Source of the DNA: a virus | Lineage: Duplodnaviria > Caudoviricetes | Strand: one strand, 5' to 3' | Virus record (IMG/VR): IMGVR_UViG_3300042568_000868 | Span: 1-59,083 of that record | DNA: 59,083 bases | Part shown: positions 29,061 to 37,869 of the stretch, in pieces | Position numbering within the stretch: position 1 is the stretch's first letter | Layout of the letters: the number at the start of each line of letters is the position of its first letter | The notes under the pieces: model-generated | The model's database searches: none | The model's input: the letters and a program-made list of their open reading frames with translations, nothing else | What the model was told of the DNA's origin: nothing | Position numbers and translations under genes: made by a program

Positions 29061-29210
29061 GTCAAATACCCAACCCCCGGGGCTCGAGTTCATCGTCCAA
29101 TACCCCCACGTCAGTGCAAAGAACACACTCATATCAGGATCAAATACCCAATTGCCACTGTATTTGGCTGCATGATATAATTTAATATTAACCTAAAACC
29201 AAAGACCATT

Positions 29211-29711
29211 ATGAGTGCATTCAAATTTATTGTTGATAGTATCGAATTGAATACTATCAAAAAACGTGGTAGCGACTTCGACGGCCACACTCAAGTAGTA
29301 TTCTTTTTGACTACTACCAATCTCAAAGACACCAAACGTTACAGACAATCTATCGTGCTTGCTCCAGAGCAAACTAATCAGATTGAGATGTTCGAGAAAA
29401 TGGCTTCAACAGGTGACTTTAAGTTGCTTCAACAAACTGTTGACTCATTGAAGTATGAGGTTGTTGAGGTGCAGTTACCTAAGTATTATCTACTTGACAA
29501 GAAAACAAAGGAAATTCGTACTCGTGAGGACGGTTCTCCTATGATTGCAAGTAGTATGAAGGTATTGATTGAAACCTATACCTGTAAGAATGATGATATG
29601 ATTATTGCTACAGCTACTAAGGAAGCTAATGCAATTGTTAATCGTACTTGTAAATGGGTTGAGGAGGTTGCTCCTAGCAAAACTAATGGACAATCATCTG
29701 ATGATGAGTAA
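29211..29711 (+). CDS. Hypothetical protein (first plus-strand gene)
   Basis: 166-aa ORF followed by terminator. Confidence 0.7.
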   Translation: MSAFKFIVDSIELNTIKKRGSDFDGHTQVVFFLTTTNLKDTKRYRQSIVLAPEQTNQIEMFEKMASTGDFKLLQQTVDSLKYEVVEVQLPKYYLLDKKTKEIRTREDGSPMIASSMKVLIETYTCKNDDMIIATATKEANAIVNRTCKWVEEVAPSKTNGQSSDDE

Positions 29712-29718
29712 CATGTAT

Positions 29719-29753
29719 AAGCATTGAGCCTTCGGGCTCTTTGCTTTTCTTTT
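29719..29753 (+). terminator. Intrinsic terminator
   Basis: AAGCATTGAGCC-TTCG-GGCTCTTTGCTT followed by T-tract. Confidence 0.8.
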
Positions 29754-30065
29754 GCTAAAGGGATTAGTACCGTCTACATAACTTTGCACGTAATTAATTA
29801 GTACCGTCTCTAGCCTTGCTGATAGGTAAAAGGCCAATTGCAGCTGCAGGCACATACCTAATCAGGCTTACAGTATTAGAATACGTTGGGTACACACTAA
29901 TCTATACAGAAATATGATTGGTTTACAGTTAAATCACGTGTTTTGTATAGATAATATTATGGTTGAGTAGAGGTTGTTTGGGGACTATCCTTATGTTCCC
30001 CTTTTAACCACTTTCTAACTATACCCAAACATCACACCATTCTAGCATTATATGGCCTAAACGCA

Positions 30066-30150
30066 TTTTAAGGCCTTCTAAGGCATTATTACCCTTATAG
30101 AGTTAAGTGTGTAGTGTAGATTGACATTAATGCCTTAAATCGCCTTAAAA
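30066..30150. repeat. Imperfect 23-bp inverted repeat
   Basis: TTTTAAGGCCTTCTAAGGCATTA ... TAATGCCTTAAATCGCCTTAAAA. Confidence 0.6.
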
Positions 30151-30283
30151 TAACAAAAACTTAATAACTTTCCAAGTCATCGAGGACACCAGTTTCTATG
30201 CTAACTAAAGGACGACTACGGCCGATTCATGGGTAACATAGTTTTAGGTGTAAGATGCAAATAATTATTAATCAATAACAATT

Positions 30284-30535
30284 ATGAACAGAATTAAACT
30301 ATTAGTAGCATTAATACTATTAATAACCTTTGCTATTAGTGCAAAGACAATATTTCCATCTGAGTATGTAGTTGAATATGATGTTCTTTATAAGAATAAA
30401 GTAATATCTACCAACAATATATTCATTGCTGAGAATCCAATCAGGAATAAAATGTACAATAGAGTTAAGCATATAGCTAAGCTTAAATACAATAAACCTG
30501 TAGATATTCATATAAATAAAATGGGCTACCAATAA
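30284..30535 (+). CDS. Small protein with signal peptide
   Basis: Hydrophobic N-terminus ending AISA. Confidence 0.6.
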   Translation: MNRIKLLVALILLITFAISAKTIFPSEYVVEYDVLYKNKVISTNNIFIAENPIRNKMYNRVKHIAKLKYNKPVDIHINKMGYQ

Positions 30536-30550
30536 CTAAATCAATTAATT

Positions 30551-30823
30551 ATGGCAAAGACTATAGTATTTAAGAAGGAATTTGAGGTGTTGCTCAAGAA
30601 ACATAAGGTTAAGACCAGATTTGTGAAAGAACTACGCAGGTATTGCAATGAAAATCAATCGCATACTGGCATACTATCTAAACGTGTTAAAGACCTAAAT
30701 AATAAAGAAAACTTTTATTTCTTCATTGCAGGAGCTTTTGTATGGAACACAGAAGGCGGTATATCTAATTTTGAAAATAGTTCATTTTGGTATAAAATAG
30801 CTGTATCTAATACAAATGGCTAA
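30551..30823 (+). CDS. Hypothetical protein, paralogue 1 of tandem trio
   Basis: MAKTI.FK.EFE..LK..K.KT.FV.ELRRYC shared with next ORF. Confidence 0.7.
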   Translation: MAKTIVFKKEFEVLLKKHKVKTRFVKELRRYCNENQSHTGILSKRVKDLNNKENFYFFIAGAFVWNTEGGISNFENSSFWYKIAVSNTNG

Positions 30824-31076
30824 GACTATATACTTTAAACCAGAGTTTGAGAAGAAGCTCAAGGAGCTTAAAATCAAAACAAAGTTTGTCAATGAACTGC
30901 GTAGGTATTGCAAGGCTACTAATAAGCACTTCATAAACAGAGCTGAATTGATAAATAAGAATCAAAGGTTCTATAGATTTCTGTTTGATGGATTCCCGTG
31001 GCATACTACTAAAGATGGATATCCTTATTGGTCAGCAATGTTTAATAAATCTTATGAATTATGGGACAAACCGTAA
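30816..31076 (+). CDS. Hypothetical protein, paralogue 2
   Basis: Similar to 30551..30823; F.W...G..YW. Confidence 0.7.
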   Translation: MAKTIYFKPEFEKKLKELKIKTKFVNELRRYCKATNKHFINRAELINKNQRFYRFLFDGFPWHTTKDGYPYWSAMFNKSYELWDKP

Positions 31077-31336
31077 TCAACCTGCCAGAAAGACACGATA
31101 TACAGCTAAAAAAGCTTCGTGTCAAAACAAAGTTCATTGAAGAGTTTAAGGCTCAAAACAAAAGAGATTACACGACACAAGAAGAAATAGATGATATTCT
31201 TAGTAGACACACAAGCATACGTGCTCTTTTAATGGTATCATTTTCGTGGTTTAACTCCATATATGGATTAAAATACTGGAAAGACATTTACAAAAAAGCA
31301 AAAGCAATGGAATGCGGTTCATTGCCTGATAACTAA
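31061..31336 (+). CDS. Hypothetical protein, paralogue 3
   Basis: LKKLRVKTKFI and FSW...GLKYW. Confidence 0.65.
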   Translation: MGQTVINLPERHDIQLKKLRVKTKFIEEFKAQNKRDYTTQEEIDDILSRHTSIRALLMVSFSWFNSIYGLKYWKDIYKKAKAMECGSLPDN

Positions 31337-31337
31337 G

Positions 31338-31504
31338 CATAGGATGACAGCCTTGGGTGAGTGCCCCTTAATCAGTCATAAAAACATAGGATAATAACCT
31401 TTGGTGAAATGCCATTAATAATTGATTAGATAAAACATGAGTTGATGACTCCGGGTGAAATGCCCCAATAAAATCAGATGAAAACTGTAGCGGTGAAATG
31501 CCGT
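31338..31504 (+). ncRNA. Array of four twin-hairpin elements
   Basis: Each unit: 3-bp stem with 7-nt loop then GG-TGAAATG-CC hairpin; compensatory stem changes among units. Confidence 0.6.
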
Positions 31505-31542
31505 ATTTACGAATGAAACGAGAGTTATCATTTGGGACTAAT

Positions 31543-31580
31543 ATGGGAGATGTGTTTTGCGGCATGTCTCCCATTGTTTT
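31543..31580 (+). terminator. Terminator-like hairpin after the array
   Basis: ATGGGAGATGTG...CATGTCTCCCAT followed by TGTTTT. Confidence 0.55.
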
Positions 31581-31600
31581 ATCTACTAACAAATATAGTT

Positions 31601-31870
31601 ATGGAAAAAGATAAACCAACAGAATACAATCCTACACAACAAGAGATTGAAGACTTTATTATCCATAAAAATGGGTATTCAAAGAAAGAAGAAAGATTGG
31701 GTGTGGGTAGAAATATCAATGATAAAACAAGAGGTAAACTCATCCACAGAGAAGGGAAAAGAGAAGAAGTCTTGTATGAGAATAAGCCTTGGGCTCTATT
31801 GCAGTCATTGAAAAAGGGGTTAATTAAACAAGGTTATAAAAGTTCTAATCTAATAATAACATATGTTTAA
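31601..31870 (+). CDS. Hypothetical protein
   Basis: ATG at 31601 after A-rich leader. Confidence 0.55.
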   Translation: MEKDKPTEYNPTQQEIEDFIIHKNGYSKKEERLGVGRNINDKTRGKLIHREGKREEVLYENKPWALLQSLKKGLIKQGYKSSNLIITYV

Positions 31871-32147
31871 AGATAAGAAATTCTCAAAGGAATCAGTTAT
31901 ATACACATTAATAGTAATACTAGTGTCTATATTGATTGGTTTAGCTATTGGATTGCAGAGCAACAAAGTTGGTAATCCAAAGGTCTATTATATGACCTAC
32001 GATGTTTATGCTGATTCTATTTATGAAGATGTTTGTACAGGTGTAAAAGCAAATTCATATCAAGAAGCCAGAGAAAAGATTCTCAAGATTGAGAAAATGA
32101 GATTAAATGCTGATTCTATTATTGAGAAGAAGATAATGGAAGAATAG
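31863..32147 (+). CDS. Small single-TM protein
   Basis: N-terminal hydrophobic helix. Confidence 0.6.
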   Translation: MFKDKKFSKESVIYTLIVILVSILIGLAIGLQSNKVGNPKVYYMTYDVYADSIYEDVCTGVKANSYQEAREKILKIEKMRLNADSIIEKKIMEE

Positions 32148-32152
32148 TATAA

Positions 32153-32223
32153 GGCCCTGTCGTCTATGGGTAGGACGCCACACTTTCAGCGTGGAAAACG
32201 AAGTTCGAGTCTTCGTGGGGCTA
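32153..32223 (+). tRNA. tRNA-Glu(TTC)
   Basis: Cloverleaf: GGCCCTG/TGGGGCT acceptor, D arm, CT-TTC-AG loop, CGAAG-TTCGAGT-CTTCG T arm; several G-U pairs and one anticodon-stem mismatch. Confidence 0.8.
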
Positions 32224-32234
32224 CAATAAAACAA

Positions 32235-33220
32235 AAATACTCTAAGATTGCCGCGCGGGCTACAAATGAGCAAGAACAATATTTGCAAGAGTATTTACTG
32301 TTTTTAGCAGGACATGTAGTGGTGTGAAACCACTTTTTCACTATGTCTTGCTTTTTAAATAAACCAATCTCAGATTGAAGCAACAGATAATCTAAGGACG
32401 TAAAAAATTCTGAGAATAGCCTCTTCGTAATGAATGTAGCTCAGGGAGACGATTATCGACCTAATGCAGTAGGTCAGTTTGTTAGATGTAGTAAAATCCA
32501 GTGAAAAACAGCGGTATTTATAATCCGAAATTAATAAGTATTACTCCACTACAAGGACTGAGATTGGTTTTAAATACAGTCGGAAAACATTGACACGACT
32601 TTAAATGAGAATACTAACCCTGAATACAGGGTGATTGAAATCAAGATAAACGTAGCTGCCGCGAAAGCAATCTGTAGAAATACACAGTCATAAATTACGA
32701 ATTCTTCAATGGGGCCAGAATGAGAGAGTTCGGGCATTTCAATCGGAGTAATCCTAGATGTGTTGTTTCCTTGAGAAAGGAATGATTGAATATATGGAAG
32801 CAGGACTACCTATATCAACACAAATGAGTTCTCAGCAAAGATGATTAATCCAACGGAGGAAAGCATAGTAATATGTGAAGGACACTCAAAAGGGATGCAG
32901 ATAACCAAAGTCTTAGAAAGGTCTGTAATCATCGTGACCCTATTATCTTATTAGTTTGTGCCTATAAAAACAAGGCTGTATAACTGTTCTAATAGGATAT
33001 TAGGGTGCTAAAAACAAATATATAATAATTGATGCATCTAAGGGGTCTCCGATGTAATATTCGGGGGCAAGTCTAACCCAAAGCCTCTCATTATTGTATT
33101 AATATCTATATTTTATATCAAACGGCAAGGAATCGGGTCCGATATAAATTACTCATCCATATATAAAGTATAGATACAACAGTGATAGGGTTGCATACCA
33201 TAAGAACTGCACCCTATCCA
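32235..33220 (+). ncRNA. Cluster of structured non-coding domains (~1 kb)
   Basis: No credible ORF; successive domains each closed by long stems, e.g. 32361-32373/32558-32570 (13 bp perfect). Confidence 0.6.
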
Positions 33221-33229
33221 TTTTAACAG

Positions 33230-33301
33230 GTCACCTACTTCAGTTGATGATAGCCAATTGAAGCCACGGAAGAAAGGAGTTCGAATCTCTAAGGTGGCAC
33301 A
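33230..33301 (+). ncRNA. tRNA-like element without anticodon arm
   Basis: GTCACCT/AGGTGGC acceptor + ACA, GGAG-TTCGAAT-CTCT T arm, one long hairpin replacing D and anticodon arms. Confidence 0.55.
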
Positions 33302-33349
33302 AACATTTTTATTCTAATCAATTGTTTAACACTCAAAATTATCAAAATT

Positions 33350-33613
33350 ATGGGAACAAGTACCTTTACATCGTTTTTGCTACAATTCAAGTTTGCTCCG
33401 AATGCAAATGTAGCTAAATTATTGAAATCTGGAACCGCAACAGATGCTGAACTCGCTCAGGCAGTGAAAACTACCAAGCAGTACAAAGAAAACAAAGACC
33501 TTCAAACTCAAGTAGCAGTGGTTATTGCCAAAGCAACAGAACCAGTTGAAGTGAAAAAAGTTGCAGAACAACCAAAGTCTACGTCCACCCGTGCTGGTGA
33601 GCCAAGACGTTAA
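33350..33613 (+). CDS. Hypothetical Ala/Lys-rich protein
   Basis: ORF with A-rich leader, followed by hairpin. Confidence 0.6.
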   Translation: MGTSTFTSFLLQFKFAPNANVAKLLKSGTATDAELAQAVKTTKQYKENKDLQTQVAVVIAKATEPVEVKKVAEQPKSTSTRAGEPRR

Positions 33614-33696
33614 TTGTTAAAACAGAAATAAAAAGAAATGCATCCTTTCTATTAGATTGGGTGTGTTTCTTTGTTAATTAATCAATAATTAATAAA

Positions 33697-34938
33697 ATGA
33701 CAAATTGGGAAAAATCATGCGTTGAAGCACTAGTAGCTAGTCCAGCAGCATTCGCTTTATTTAAAGCTAAACAAAAGAATAAAAAGCATGTTGACCAATA
33801 CTTGAATAAAGTGTGGCCATACAAGATAGAAAAAGAATTCAAAAGTGGAGATGACAACAGAAATATTATCCCTAAATTTAAAGCTGCAACATCATGTCTT
33901 GCGGAAGGAAGGATAGGAGAGTATGTAATATATCTTAAACCAAGAATCAGAAAAGAACAATTAATATCAATAATAAATAGGGCAAAAAAAATAACTCCGC
34001 CAAAAGTGGAGATACATAATGCCTCATTTAAAATCATACTTCACTCAAACATTGGTGACACAGAGGCATTTAATGTATACGCATTCAAAGATGAATGTCC
34101 TATGACGTCAATGGAGTATAGAATATCGAGATTGGATGGTGAATTTGTTGAAAAAATAGTATTCTCAACAAATAGAATGTATGATTCTAGCTTAACTCAT
34201 CAAGAAATAAGCAAAAGAATAAAGCCAGTTCTTAGTCATTTCCTTAATCAATTTAGTGCAAGCTCATTATCTGGTCGCTGTAACTACAAAAGGGAATACA
34301 AAGGTCAAAATGTTGGCATTGAGATAGAGTACGATGGACAATGGCAAAAGTATTTGCATAGACATCTAAACAAATCTAAAAATGCAATAAGCTTTAATTC
34401 TGGGTTAGATGGTGGAGAACAAAACCTTAAAGGTGACAAATACCACCTAATACCGAGACTAAGAGAAAATAGACTGAGAATAAACGGGTCAAGAGGTCTT
34501 AATGCTTTATATACGTTATTAATCAGTATGAAGAATGATGGATGTACAATGACTAATAAGTCAGGAATGCATTATCATATTGATTTGACTAAAAAGAAAG
34601 GAGCCGAAGATGATTCTAATTATTCATCAAAAGTGGATGAAATTAGAAAGGATTTGTATGATTTGGCAAAGAAAGACTGGGAAACAATAAGTGCAATAAG
34701 AAATATATTTGAATTAGACTATATTGATCCATCTCACTTTGTTAGAGAAATAAAGTATCCAACAGAGTTCCGTACAATGGAATGGAGAATGGGAAGTCAA
34801 TCATTAAACTTCACCAAAATAACAATTCAAATACTATTTTCAATTCACATGTCAAATGCAGTATTTTCAAAAGAAAAAAAGATTGATATTGAATATGTAA
34901 AATTCCTATCGTCTTTAATAACTAAAATTAATCTCTAA
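33697..34938 (+). CDS. Putative amidoligase (glutamine synthetase-like COOH-NH2 ligase fold)
   Basis: VGIEIEY, SGMHYHID, TMEWR motifs. Confidence 0.7.
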   Translation: MTNWEKSCVEALVASPAAFALFKAKQKNKKHVDQYLNKVWPYKIEKEFKSGDDNRNIIPKFKAATSCLAEGRIGEYVIYLKPRIRKEQLISIINRAKKITPPKVEIHNASFKIILHSNIGDTEAFNVYAFKDECPMTSMEYRISRLDGEFVEKIVFSTNRMYDSSLTHQEISKRIKPVLSHFLNQFSASSLSGRCNYKREYKGQNVGIEIEYDGQWQKYLHRHLNKSKNAISFNSGLDGGEQNLKGDKYHLIPRLRENRLRINGSRGLNALYTLLISMKNDGCTMTNKSGMHYHIDLTKKKGAEDDSNYSSKVDEIRKDLYDLAKKDWETISAIRNIFELDYIDPSHFVREIKYPTEFRTMEWRMGSQSLNFTKITIQILFSIHMSNAVFSKEKKIDIEYVKFLSSLITKINL

Positions 34939-35340
34939 ATATAAAACAACTGAATTTCTTAATCTGTGCGTAAAACAATGCGATTTGTTTCGATGGAAAG
35001 ACGAGGTGCGGTTAGATTCTATTGCAAAAAGCCGAGATGGTATCAAAGGCAAAAGTACTTAGTAAGAATAATATATATGAGAGTGTTATTCTGTCGGGGT
35101 TTACCAGACTACCGGAAAAGTCAATATTGGTACAGATATGTAGCCAATCTGATTGTGATATTAGCAATCAACTTTTATATGAATGTACAATAGTATAAGA
35201 GAGAGATTAATTTTAAACCTGATGGCTGGAGCGAAACCAGATAGGGAATCATGGCAAACCATGGGAGTCAGTAAGCTTAGAAGAAACGAAGCCTCGTAAT
35301 GTTATGCGAGTATAGCGTGGGGTGGTTCCACGACTGACAA
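34923..35340 (+). ncRNA. Structured non-coding domains
   Basis: 14-bp perfect stem 34923-34936/35202-35215 enclosing several hairpins; further hairpins to 35340. Confidence 0.45.
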
Positions 35341-35368
35341 CAATTATTTATTATTAATTTAACAATCA

Positions 35369-35686
35369 ATGTTTATGAATTTAAAAAATCCTATTGAAAG
35401 ACTTGGTGTAATTATTCTTGTTTTTGCTGCAATATTCTCCCTTGCAGGAATCGGATATGGCCTTATCGAAGAATCACGAAAAGAACATGTCAAGCCAGAA
35501 ACAAAAGATGTACGTAATAATACATTCAAATACGTATTCAAAGATGAAACATATTGTGAAGTATTTGTAATTGCATCTGATTTGCCTGAAGATTCTGTAG
35601 AGAGTATAGTCCGCAAACTATATCCAGATGAATCTGAGATTAAATTAATAAACAAAATTGAAGTGCCAACTACTTCAGTGGAATAA
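35369..35686 (+). CDS. Small single-TM protein
   Basis: N-terminal hydrophobic helix. Confidence 0.6.
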   Translation: MFMNLKNPIERLGVIILVFAAIFSLAGIGYGLIEESRKEHVKPETKDVRNNTFKYVFKDETYCEVFVIASDLPEDSVESIVRKLYPDESEIKLINKIEVPTTSVE

Positions 35687-35749
35687 GTAGCTATGCTTGT
35701 CTGTGTCAGACATAATAGTAGGCTCGGAGTATGCCTCGAATACTCCTGT

Positions 35750-35802
35750 GATATCATAGTTCGGCCTCCACGTGGCGATATTGGATTAAAACTAATGAAC
35801 TA
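35750..35802 (+). ncRNA. Minimal HDV-like (theta-type) self-cleaving ribozyme
   Basis: P1 GATATC/GATATT (G-U at cleavage site), P2 TAGTTCG/TGAACTA, P3 GCC/GGC, L3 TCCACGT, GG for P1.1, J4/2 CTAA; no P4. Confidence 0.75.
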
Positions 35803-35806
35803 AACC

Positions 35807-35883
35807 TGTCAAGATAGCTTAACCTAAAGCGCTATCAACTCATGTTGAGGATAGAGATTGTGGATGATACCCACACTTGGCGC
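35807..35883 (+). ncRNA. Degenerate tRNA-like cloverleaf
   Basis: TGTCAAG/CTTGGCG acceptor, D-like arm, CTATC/GATAG arm with oversized loop containing CAT, TGTGG-ATGATAC-CCACA in place of T arm. Confidence 0.5.
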
Positions 35884-35910
35884 AATTAAACATTTATTAA
35901 TCAATAATTT

Positions 35911-36021
35911 ATGGGAAAAACAGTAAAAAAAGGAATTCTAGAGAATGAATTCAGAAAATCTGAGAAGTCATCAGACAAGAAATTGAAAATGAAACCATTC
36001 GATAAAAAAGAAAGGGTGTAA
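35911..36021 (+). CDS. 36-aa basic microprotein MGKTVKK...KMKPFDKKERV
   Basis: Manual translation; A-rich leader; abuts next gene. Confidence 0.55.
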   Translation: MGKTVKKGILENEFRKSEKSSDKKLKMKPFDKKERV

Positions 36022-36023
36022 TT

Positions 36024-36422
36024 ATGATGAATCCAGAAATAAAGGAAATATGCATCTTGTGTACTAAGAGTATATCAGATGGAAGAATTGGAGATTTCTT
36101 TGAAAGTGTAGGAGCTGGCAGGACTCGTAATGGATCTATACTTGGCCATTATTATTTTGTAGATAGGGGTATAATTAACTCATCTCGAATAAAACCAAAA
36201 GGAAAGAAGTTAATCAATCCATGGGTTAAACCGCGAAAAAAGTTCCCTAGAGAAATGATGGTATCGAATGATAATGAAAATTGGATAAAAATCGAAGTCA
36301 CAGGTAAAATTAAAGCAGAATTTGGATACATAAGTAATTATATGTACCCCGGCAGTTATGCTGGCTGGAGATATTATGCTGGCTGGAGATATGCTAAAGA
36401 AATTGAAATCAAAACAATTTAA
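36024..36422 (+). CDS. Hypothetical protein (paralogue of next gene)
   Basis: KFPREMMVS.D...W...YPGS..GW.YAKEI shared C-terminal domain. Confidence 0.7.
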   Translation: MMNPEIKEICILCTKSISDGRIGDFFESVGAGRTRNGSILGHYYFVDRGIINSSRIKPKGKKLINPWVKPRKKFPREMMVSNDNENWIKIEVTGKIKAEFGYISNYMYPGSYAGWRYYAGWRYAKEIEIKTI

Positions 36423-36433
36423 AATCATTCAGT

Positions 36434-36856
36434 ATGGAATGGACGAAAGAAAGCCTTAAAAAGTCATACGTTATATGCAAAAACGTAAAACAAGCTCAAA
36501 AAGCTGTTGAGATATACGAAGCTGCTGGCTATGAATTCTGGGGTCGTGTTGAAAAAGATATGCTTGTTATAGGTTCTGTTGGGATATTTGAAAATAGATC
36601 AATTCCTATTTCAGTGAGCACAATGAATCTTTACAAAAATGATAAAAGATTTACAAAAATCCCAAATAGCAGAATGTTTCCTCGTCGTAAATTTCCACGT
36701 GAAATGATGGTGTCGGATGATGAAATCAATTGGCGTAAAAGAATGGTAATAGCAAAAGCAAATGACGAATACATCTACATAACAAAAAGATTCAAGCTAG
36801 AATCCTATCCTGGCAGCTTTGTAGGATGGAAATACGCAAAAGAGATTGACCAATAG
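36434..36856 (+). CDS. Hypothetical protein (paralogue of previous gene)
   Basis: Same C-terminal domain. Confidence 0.7.
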   Translation: MEWTKESLKKSYVICKNVKQAQKAVEIYEAAGYEFWGRVEKDMLVIGSVGIFENRSIPISVSTMNLYKNDKRFTKIPNSRMFPRRKFPREMMVSDDEINWRKRMVIAKANDEYIYITKRFKLESYPGSFVGWKYAKEIDQ

Positions 36857-36958
36857 GTCGATTGGTGGAGCTGCCCAAACAGCAAAACGTGGGAGTCAGG
36901 CCTCTCTAGAGAAGCATACTTGGCTCCCCTTTTTTCAAATTAATCAATAATAAGAAAG

Positions 36959-37378
36959 ATGAAGACAGGAAAACTCACTAATGCTCAGTATCAAAAACTG
37001 AAAAGACATTTCTCCAAAACCAATGGATTTGAGTGGTCTATGGATGATTTTATTAAATCAACTGTAATATCTATACCACATGGATTTGTCGTGCTTGATA
37101 TATATGATGAAGTTGAAGAGCTACCTAGATTTGGAAACTTAACATTCATATATGTTGATGAGAAATACAGAGGACAAGGTATTGGTGCTAAACTGTATAG
37201 AAAAACTATAGAATATTTCAAATCAGAGAGCCTTTCTGAATTTTATCTTACTATAGCATACAACAATCCTAAATCACTTGCTTTAGCTTTTAAGTTCAAG
37301 GCAGATGTGTATGAATTCTGTACATATTTTTCAAACGGAATGCCTGGGTATAACATAAAAATCAAAACTAATCAGTAG
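36959..37378 (+). CDS. GNAT family acetyltransferase
   Basis: Acetyl-CoA motif A: IYVDEKYRGQGIGAKL; NPKS. Confidence 0.85.
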   Translation: MKTGKLTNAQYQKLKRHFSKTNGFEWSMDDFIKSTVISIPHGFVVLDIYDEVEELPRFGNLTFIYVDEKYRGQGIGAKLYRKTIEYFKSESLSEFYLTIAYNNPKSLALAFKFKADVYEFCTYFSNGMPGYNIKIKTNQ

Positions 37379-37383
37379 TAGAG

Positions 37384-37866
37384 ATGAAAAAGGAACAAGA
37401 AGAGATATGTATGTCTCTTATTTATGCTGCAACAAAAAAAACTGAAGTATATAATAGTATGAATGAGCTATTCAAAGGATTAGATCAGAAAATACTAAGA
37501 GAATTCGTATCCGCAAATTGGGATTCTCACTATAAAATTCAAGTTATCTCACTTGCAAATAAGACTTATCAAGAGAAATTCAAGATAGTCGATGGATTGC
37601 TCCGTAAAAAAGAAAATGGAGAAATCAAAAGAATTAAAATACATTTAATAAAATCAATCGAAAGTAAGATTCCGTTAGATGTATATGACAAAATTATTGG
37701 TCCGAAATTAAGCAGAAGAGAGCTTCTGAGAGGAACTGAAGTTGAGTTAGTAAAGTTTAGTTCTGATAGAATTAAATTAGAAGTAAAATCTCCTTCAGAT
37801 TTCTATGTGCATAATTTCACCATATGGGATTTAAACGACAGAAAAGGAATTTCAATAGTAATTTAG
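37384..37866 (+). CDS. Hypothetical protein
   Basis: ORF in operon. Confidence 0.6.
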   Translation: MKKEQEEICMSLIYAATKKTEVYNSMNELFKGLDQKILREFVSANWDSHYKIQVISLANKTYQEKFKIVDGLLRKKENGEIKRIKIHLIKSIESKIPLDVYDKIIGPKLSRRELLRGTEVELVKFSSDRIKLEVKSPSDFYVHNFTIWDLNDRKGISIVI

Positions 37867-37869
37867 CTT

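Noticed and set aside
31338-31504. CRISPR array or hammerhead ribozyme array
   Set aside because: Repeats are degenerate with irregular short spacers and no cas genes; no intact CUGAUGA...GAAA three-stem core
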